Part shown: one piece after another, positions 55,974 through 64,000 of the stretch
How the letters are laid out: each line of letters opens with the position of its first letter
How positions within the stretch are numbered: the stretch's first letter is position 1
Origin: Gordius albopunctatus
Taxonomy: Eukaryota
DNA: 64,000 nucleotides
NCBI GenBank assembly: GCA_964276515.1
Contig: OZ193909.1
Coordinates: forward strand, 8,494,001-8,558,000
Direction: 5' to 3'
The notes under the pieces: generated by a model
The model's input: only the letters and a program-made list of their open reading frames with translations
Told to the model about the DNA's origin: nothing
Databases searched by the model: none
Position numbers and translations under genes: made by a program

Positions 55974-56158
55974 AGTGCAACCAGAGTTGTTAAACGCACT
56001 CCAAAAACCGGTGCCGCACTCGCACTCGTACATTGAGGAAAATCCGGTGTGCGCACTCGCACCAGTATTAAAGGTGCGTGCACTCGCACCCGCACATAAA
56101 ATTTGATTGCACTATAACAAAATCTCGATAAATTTTTTATTTATTTAATTTATTACAG

Positions 56159-58478
56159 GTGTTAAAGATATTCAAAGTGTTCATGTAGATTTTAAACACG
56201 TAATTAAAGAATTATATATTGAAGATAATTTAGTTAAACGCAATGATAAGCTGGTAATTCCTTTTGAATTGCGTAGTAATGTTTTAGAAATTTTACATGA
56301 AGGACATGCTGGTATAGTTAAGATGAAGGAGCTCGCTAGACAGTATGTCTGATGGCCTAAGATCACTAGGGATGTTGATAATTATGTTAGGCAGTGTGCG
56401 ATGTGTAAATTAAATGCGGTCATGCCTCGTAGGGATAAAAGTGCTCGTTGGCCTCGTCCGAATCAGAGACCAGAGTGGGCCGGGCCGGACAACTGCCTTA
56501 AATTTTGATTTTCGGGCGGGCCCGGGCGGGCACGCTGATAAGATTCGGGCAATTCGGGCATGCCCAAAATTTTATCAAATTAATTTTCCTTGAAAAAAGA
56601 ATAAACAATTTTGGGCCATAATAAATTTGACTAGATTTTTTTTCATCGCTTAAATCTTCATTGTACGTTTATATAATGTCCTAATTTCAATTTCTTCAAA
56701 AATAAATTTTATTTCGAATAAATTAGTTTAACTGGTTTGTCTCAAGATCAAAAATTTTTAATTTTAAGATTATATTATAAAGGAATAAAATCACAACGAT
56801 TTAAACTGCCATAGGCGTAGACAGGGGGGCAGGAAGGGGCAGCTGCCCCCCTCTAAACTCAAAAATTTGTTAAAATGTATTAAAATTATGACTAAATTTT
56901 CAAAAAATGATCATTTTGCCCCTCCCTAAATCATTATTGCCCCCTCTAATTTTAATGCTGGCTACGCCCATGTAAACTGCTACTCTAATCTAATACTATG
57001 GAAGAAACCTTTTTACTCTCTGGTAGTAAATTATTTTACTACATTTTTATCGCGTTCAGTTAAATCTTTGCCCTACTCCATTATGGAAAGGATTGGATTA
57101 TTTATATTTATGTAGTAGCCAAAGCCATTTCATTGTTCGCAATACACTACACATGTGTGCCGTCTAGACTTAAAACAAATGCTCATGCCATTTTATAACA
57201 ATGCGCATAATTGTAATTCATTTAATTTCTTAACACCTAAAAAACAAGATAGAAAAATAAAGCAAACAAGTCACATTAAAGTTATTAAAAATTATAACTA
57301 TTTTAGGTATCCTAAATTAGCAAGGTTTAAAAAAATACTCTTTGCCATCCCGGCGACGAGTGCTGCTAGTGAAAGAAGTGTTTCTATCGCAGGAAGATTA
57401 ATAGAGGAAAGACGCACAAGATTATCCCCGGAAATTGTCGACGATATGAATAATAAAATATTGTCATCTTTGTTTGGATCAATATGCCATTGCTTATTTT
57501 GTAATAGTGGTAAAGATTTTGGGATTGGATAATTTCGGGTCTACCGGGAAAATTTTATTAATCAGGCCGGGAAGCTCTAATGGTTTGGGCATGGCTGGGC
57601 CGACACTTGGAAGGGTTCAGGTGGGCAATTTAGTTAAAATTGGACCGGGCCGGGTTCGGGCAGAAAAATTTAAACTACTCCGACTCTTTTTGGGACCTCA
57701 TAAATTTGGGACTAACGGGCAAATTTAATATTTCTGGCCGGGCAATTCGGGCAGCTTTAACAATTCGGGCGGGCCCCGGCGGACACTTAGATGGGTTCGG
57801 GCGGGCCCGGGAGGGCAATGAAGGTAAAAAATTTAGTCGGGCCGGGTTCGGGCAGAAAATTCCCAACAAATCTGACCTCTGGTCCGAATAGTCCCTGGTT
57901 TAGAATTCATATTGATTTTTTTGAGTTACGAATGTTACCGTATTATTTTTAAAGGATTTAATAGGCGCGTATGGTTTCTCTAAGTTTATAGTAACTGATG
58001 ATGGGAAAGCTTTTACAAGTGCAGATTTTAAAATTTTTTGTAATAGTTGGAAGATAACTCACCTATTTACACCACCATATCACCCTAGTTCTAATGGACA
58101 GGTTGAAAGATATGTAGCGATTGTTAAGAATGGTTAGAGGTTGGTCGAGCTAATAAGGAAGGCACATGGTGATATCGTTTATATCATAATATGACACCTC
58201 GATATAGACGTCGACCCGTAGGCATGGAGTTTTTTGGTCATAAGTTACGGTTTCCGCCTAATTTTTTGCTTGATAGCGGTTTTGAGAATAACTTAAATGG
58301 CAAGACCAGATATAATGTTAATGATCTAGTTTGGTCTAGAAATTCTTTAAAGCAAGCTAGGTGGGAATTGGCTAGAATAACTGTCCATCTAGGTAATAAG
58401 ATTTATCAAGTTCGGTCATTAGAGACTGATAGAATAGAGGTTAGGCACGTGGAACAATTATTGAGTTACGCTGCTTAA
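56159..58478 (+). pseudogene. Gypsy integrase region, interrupted by a hAT element
   Basis: LVIPFELRSNVLEILHEGHAGIVKMKELARQYV*WP...CAMC (HHCC); after the insertion PWFRIHIDF, IVTDDGKAFTS, PPYHPSSNGQVERYV, and C-terminal GNKIYQV...RHVEQL. Confidence 0.92.
56464..57881 (+). mobile_element. Non-autonomous hAT element, copy 2, retaining the hATC dimerisation exon
   Basis: TIRs CAGAGACCAGA / TCTGACCTCTG, perfect TSD GTCCGAAT (56456-56463, 57882-57889); YPKLARF..ILFAIPATSAASERSVSIAG...RTRLSPE at ~57307-57450; nested MITE 56810-56972 with TSD TAAACTGC. Confidence 0.94.
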
Positions 58479-58926
58479 TGCCTAATTTTTATTCGATATT
58501 AGATGGAACTAATTAGTTCGTGGTGTAGGGTACGAGTGTTGGTCGAAAGGACCAATCAACTACATCAGCCCGTTCCTTTACATTTCTCATTAGTAATAGG
58601 CATGGACGGAGTGCCTAGAATAGTGCATTTTTTGGAGGCAACGATACCAAGGAGGGTTCCACAGTTGTCGTCTACCTTTCCAGTTCTAGGAAGATTTAGC
58701 GGGGAGCGCAATCTTCGACGTACAAGAAGCACCCGGAGTGGTCGTTGTGAGACATGCCAAAGATGGCATGGGTTACCATTGTGTGGGCGCCCGAGCAACG
58801 TTTTGGTTAGACCCGGGAGTGAGGAGCAACCGTTGCTTACGGCCAGCAGAGCCTTAATATCACCGTTGGCGGCCTTAAACCTGGCGGGTGATCCACAGGG
58901 TTAATTTTTTTAGAAAAAGGGGAAGG

Positions 58927-59388
58927 TGTGGCATTAGGCAAAGTTTTTAATAATTTTATTACTTCACCCATAAAATTTGGATTTTATGATCTCGTTTGGC
59001 TGTTCAAGGCCACGCGTTTATTAATGGATTTTAGAATCACGATGATTGTTAATTTCGTTGTTAATTTCGCTATTTGTTAGTTTATTGTTATCCTCGCCGA
59101 GTATTATTATTCGTGTGTCATCTTTTTTTACGCCTAATCTGATTACCTCACCCATGATCTCCATAACTGTGTATTTATCATTATTGTTACCGCTTCGCTG
59201 TTTATTATTATTTGTGCGTTATCGTTATTTACGCCTAATCTGATTACCTCATCCATCATTATTATTGTTACTTTAAAAAGAATTGTTAGTGTAAATTTGG
59301 AGATATATAATAAATTTTTATCTGGAGGATTACTGACTTCTTTATTTAGGACAGTTAAATTGTCATATCGGGAAGCCCTCATTCATTA
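58927..59388 (+). repeat. Gypsy LTR (462 bp) preceded by a PPT and followed by a PBS
   Basis: Polypurine tract AGAAAAAGGGGAAGG 58912-58926; LTR TGTGGCA...TCATTA delimited by homology to 62571-63069; PBS-like TGGTGTCGGA at 59391. Confidence 0.92.
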
Positions 59389-59811
59389 ATTGGTGTCGGA
59401 ACTTCATTATAGATAAGTAAGTGAATCAATATTATATATTAACATTAATTTTATTTAAATAATTGCGATGTGATTTAAAATAGTATAGTTTGTGGTTTAA
59501 AAATTTATTATATTTTTTTTCCTTCTCTGTGTTAAAACTTCTTTTAAAATTCCGTTTTATTATTGAAGAGTAAAGTAAAAATTTATTGTATAATAGTATT
59601 GCTATTAAATTTAAATAATTTACCGTTTTGATTTGATTTTATTTGCATATGGATAAAACATTATTAGTTTTAATCATAATGATATTATTTTGCATTTTAT
59701 GTATGTTTAATAAATGTGTCCGTGTTATTTTAATTAAGTTCCTTATATTCACGTTGTAAATTTAAAATTTATAATATAATTAATAAATTTATCGTAGATA
59801 ATTGTAAAAAT

Positions 59812-62240
59812 ATGTTTAATAGACAACCATCGGTTTTAGTAAATTTTTATAATTATTTGTTAACGGAACGATTACTAATAATAATTTTGATCTTAGCTCT
59901 GATTTTATCGTTAATATTGATTAAGATACAAAAAGTAGAAAAGATATTTGTTTTAAAAAATAAAGAGGGACGGCGATGTTATCATTGCGGCAGACTTGGT
60001 CATGTCCAAAGAAACTGTTTTAGGAAACGTAGAGAATTTAACCATCATGTAAAATTTAGCGATGATAATTTTAATAGATAGTTAATCAATGTGGTAAGAG
60101 ACATTGTAAGAGCGATCGTTATAACCAACGATCAGGCCAAGATAGAGCAGGGGTCAAACAATTTTGATTGACTATTATCGGCACGTGATCAAAATATTCC
60201 GCCGCTTTTAATTTTTATTAACATTTTTAATTCATCACAGTTAATATTGAAGGTGTCACGTTAAATTTTTTGCTCGACACCGGTGCTTCTATTACGGTAC
60301 TTTCGCGTAAATGTTTTTTAAATATTGGCCAGAAAAGCAAATCTTAAAAAGTAATATTTTAGCCAGGCAATTAAATGGCGCGAATATAGTAGGCGTAGCA
60401 GATGTAATACTAACACTAGAGTTGCATATAATCAACGAGGATATAGAACACATAATTGGTTGGAATTTGATCCAACGGTTGGGGCCTTTAACCAATTGTT
60501 GGGGTTTATTTAAGCAAGAGAAGGTTGAAACAGGTAAGAAGGGTTATATTAATATTTTGCGGGGAATGCCAGAGATTTGTTTGAAGGTTAACGCTACAAA
60601 GCCGGTTAATAAGGTGATGGTGTCTGAAAAAGAACCTAAATCCTTGAGTTTTGAGGCTCTGAACTCTTCGAGTCAACCTCGTGTTAATGAGGTGGATAAA
60701 AAATCCGTATCCTCGGTTTTGGTGAGTAGCGTTAGTGATAAATTCAAATTGTGGCATGATAGAATTGAAAGGATCAAAGAGAAATATGTCGAGGTTTTTC
60801 GGGAGGAATTAGGTTGTTTAAGTGATATTTTGTTTTCTGTAAGGGTTAATTCTAATGCAACACCTCGTTTTTGTCCTGCTAGACGCATCCAATTAATGTG
60901 GAAAGATAAAGTGCACCAAGTTTTAGATAATTGGCTTAAAGATGACGTAATAGAACAAATCAAATTTTCGGAATGAGCTCCTCCTCTTGTACCAGTAAAG
61001 AAGAGTGATGGTAAAATTAGGATTTGCACTGATTACCGCGTGACAATTAATAAATGGGTCATTGATGTTAAATGTCCTTTGCCTAGATTATAAATGGTTT
61101 TAGCTAACTTAAAAGATAGTAGGTATTTCTCAAAGTTAGATTTAGCAAATGCTTACCTTCAACTTCGCGTAGATGATAAATCGGCTAAGTTGTTAAAAAT
61201 TAACACGGATAAAGGTCTCTATTCTTTTAAGAGATTACCTTTTGGTTTAAGCGTATCCGCACCTATTTTTCAAAGGGCGATGGCATCTATATTTAATAAT
61301 ATAGATGGTGTATTTTTTTATTTGGACGATATATTAGTTACGGGTTCAACTCAGGACGAACATGATTAACGTCTAGAAAAAGTATTGAATTTAATTAAAA
61401 TTAAAAGTTTACGGGTTTCTGCTAAGAAATGTACTTTCGGTACTGACCAGGTAATTTATTTAGGTCATGTAATAGTGGCGGAGCATGTTAAGCCTAATTT
61501 TAAGAAGGTGCAGGATATTAAAAATATTAGAACACCATTAAATAAAAAGGAACTTGCATCTTTCTTGGGTTTAATGAATTATTATAGTAAATCTATTGAA
61601 GATTATACAAATTATTCGAGTCCTTTGTATGAATTAACTAGAGAGGGCACAGTGTTTAAATGGAATAATAATTTGGATCGTTGTTTTAACTTTTTAAAGA
61701 ATTTTTTATTAACGGGTCCAAATCTTAAGAGCTTTAATACTGAAAAAGAGCATGTTTTAAAATTTGATGCTTCTAATATTGGTATCGGTGGCGCTCTATG
61801 TCAGATTGAGGATGGAGTAGAGTATCCCATTATTTTTTTTCGCGTAAGCTTACTAATACTGAGTTAAATTATTCCGTCATAGAGAAAGAGGCTCTCGTTG
61901 TCGGGAATATTTAATTGGTAAAGCTTTTACATTATATACCGATCATAAACCGTTGGTAGCTTTATTCAATAAGATTAATACCGAATTTTTAATGTCCCCT
62001 CGACTCCAGAGATGGTTATTGACTCTCGGTAATTTTTCGTTAACTTTAAAATATCGAGAAGGAAAAAGTAATCATTTGGCTGATGTTTTATCACGAATGA
62101 GTGCGAATAATATAACTGAGGAGATATATGTTATAAATAATAAAAAGGTTAATGTAATAAAAGTCATTGATCTTGAAGATATTGTCAAAAGTACAGAGAA
62201 TAATGCTGAGTTAGCAGATATTAAACAAATTATATTAAAT
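59812..62240 (+). pseudogene. Gypsy gag knuckle, protease, RT and RNase H (stops and frameshifts)
   Basis: CYHCGRLGHVQRNC; FLLDTGASITV (~60265); SE*APPLVPVKK..IRIC.DYR; SKLDLANAYLQ; RLPFG; YLDD; DASNIGIG; TDHKPL; RLQRW; ADVLSR. Confidence 0.94.
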
Positions 62241-62261
62241 AAAAATAAGTAACAGGATTAC

Positions 62262-62459
62262 CTTTAGATGCCTAGTAAAATTGAAACAAGATTTAGAAGA
62301 AGTCTTGAGTTTGGCATTGCATAAAAGACATTGCACCTCAAAATTAAGTGTATTATGCTGATTATCTTTAAGTTTAAACATATTAGCATATTTTGGAAAT
62401 GGAAAAATTTTCATGCATGATGTGCTTGCTACATTTATGCCTGATACTTCTATTTCCAT
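62262..62459 (-). pseudogene. First exon (BED zinc finger) of the hAT transposase of the composite element
   Basis: VQCLLCNAKLKTSSKSCFNFTRHLK followed by an AAG|GTAATC donor; the rest of the transposase is absent. Confidence 0.75.
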
Positions 62460-62570
62460 AACTCACTATCATATTAAAGTGTTATATATAAGCAGTGAGA
62501 AAAGAAAAGAGTAAAAAATTGGATAAGGAGTACTATGAATATAATAATATAAATTAATAATTAAAATTAA

Positions 62571-63069
62571 TAATGAATGAGGGCTTCCCGATATGACAAT
62601 TTAACTGTCCTAAATAAAGAAGTCAGTAATCCTCCAGATGAAAATTTATTATATATCTCCAAATTGACACTAACAATTCTTTTTAAAGTAACAATAATAA
62701 TGATGGATGAGGTAATCAGATTAGGCGTAAATAACGATAACGCACAAATAATAATAAACAGCGAAGTGGTAACAATAATGATAAATACACAGTTATGGAG
62801 ATCATGGGTGAGGTAATCAGATTAGGCGTAAACAAAGATGACGCACCAATAATAATACTCATGAAGGATAACAATAAACTAACAAATAGTGAAATTAACA
62901 ACGAAATTAACAATCATCGTGATTCTAAAATCTATTAATAAACGCGTGGCCTTGAACAGCCAAACGAGATCATAAAATCCAAATTCTATGGGTGAAGTAA
63001 TAAAATGAATCCAAGGGTAATTTTATGGGTGAAGTAATAAAATTATTAAAAACTTGGCCTAATGCCACA
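62571..63069 (-). repeat. Solo LTR of the same Gypsy family, inverted
   Basis: Reverse complement of 58927-59388 with substitutions and an internal duplication of about 35 bp; flanked by ATTAA on both sides (62566-62570, 63070-63074). Confidence 0.9.
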
Positions 63070-64000
63070 ATTAATTAACTAATTTAATATATTTTAATTA
63101 AAATTAATTGTAATTTGATCATTATATGTGATTAAACTTACGATAGCAAAGATAGGTTCAAAAGTGTTTGAAATATTAACATAGTAACGGGATATGACAA
63201 TATTCCAAAAAAAGCGGAATTAAATATATTATCATGATTTGAATATTTTATTGTAATTCTTTAATCAAATTACCTGTCTGTGTTTTTAATCTTCTAATCT
63301 TATTAAACTTCAACTGCAATTGTTTTAGTGTTTTTCTATAGTTTATTTATTAAGCGACGTGTCCAAAAGTGTAAAGATTAATCGTTGATTGATAAAGTAA
63401 ATACGTAAATAATGTAAAATATCGCGGTTAGATTATTTTTATTGTATATCGATAGTAACTAATTTCCCGCCTTGTTATCTTCTCCACCAGGAACATAGTA
63501 TGTTATATATAGTAAATCAGTAGAAATTTAATTTGTGAAATATGCGATATAATACAATTTCGAATAAATTAATAAATTGTAAAACTCTTAATGTGCGCAA
63601 ATCAGGAGCGCAATTGCGCACCCGCACTCGCTCTTCGTTATAAAAAGTGCGCGCACCAGCACGTCGCACCGCAAATCCGGTGCGCGCATCTTAACAACTC
63701 TGAGTGCAACATACTTAGATGGAAATGTTTAAAAGTACCAAATTGCCAAAATATCTATGAGTGTTAAAATATTTCAACGCGTTCTTAAAACTCAAATAAT
63801 ATTTTATCCAATTATAAACCGTACACTTTGTATATTTTTTAAGCTTGCATGGATATCGAAGCTTTATTTTCCTTTAATAATTGCAACAACTGTTTTTTTT
63901 AACTTGACGGTTGAAATCGAAGTTGCTTCAACATTTTTCTGAAAAATTAGCCATCCTATAAAATTCAGGTGATTATAGTGCACCAGAAAATGACAGACTT

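Larger units (their letters stand above)
55982..63702 (-). mobile_element. 7.7-kb composite hAT-type element (TIRs plus BED exon) filled with Gypsy sequence
   Basis: Perfect 12-bp TIR CAGAGTTGTTAA / TTAACAACTCTG, perfect 8-bp TSD AGTGCAAC (55974-55981, 63703-63710), GCACTCGCA subterminal repeats at both ends, BED-finger exon on the minus strand. Confidence 0.92.

Noticed and set aside
57474..57891. Gly/Arg/Pro-rich ORFs (also 27439-27621, 30497-30781, 52065-52310)
   Set aside because: By-products of GC-rich hAT subterminal repeats.
58503..58904. 133-aa ORF between integrase and PPT as a possible env or accessory gene
   Set aside because: No signal peptide or TM segment; it resembles a low-complexity Arg-rich pol tail or 3' UTR.
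59126..59251. 24-bp direct repeat TTTACGCCTAATCTGATTACCTCA as a CRISPR-like array
   Set aside because: Only two units, inside a eukaryotic LTR; ordinary U3-type repeats.
59046..59382. ORFs duplicated at 62577-62913
   Set aside because: They lie inside the two LTR copies, so the duplication reflects LTR homology rather than genes.

Overview
AT-rich eukaryotic genomic DNA, probably from an invertebrate animal (spliced genes with many 33-55 nt GT-AG introns; the species cannot be determined from the sequence). Three host genes can be rebuilt exon by exon: sphingosine-1-phosphate lyase (+, ~9267-16631), a SIRT1/Sir2 deacetylase convergent with it (-, 16806-23982) and protein phosphatase 1 inhibitor-2 (+, 35725-48027). 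The rest is dense with transposons: two decayed RTE LINEs, Gypsy remnants, an RLE-type non-LTR fragment, many MITEs with 8-bp TSDs, a 1.65-kb foldback and a 7.7-kb composite hAT element. Highlights: (1) a twister ribozyme at the 5' end of a full-length RTE, whose predicted U/A cleavage site falls exactly on the boundary of a 16-bp TSD; (2) a circularly permuted single-LTR Gypsy genome (IN-PPT-LTR-PBS-gag-PR-RT-RH) inside a hAT element, as expected from capture of a 1-LTR circle; (3) two alternative terminal exons in inhibitor-2, each encoding the HYNE helix that binds the PP1 active site; (4) a ~100-aa insertion in the SIRT1 zinc-binding subdomain and a long inverted repeat in a SIRT1 intron. 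All alignments and translations were done by eye and need computational confirmation.
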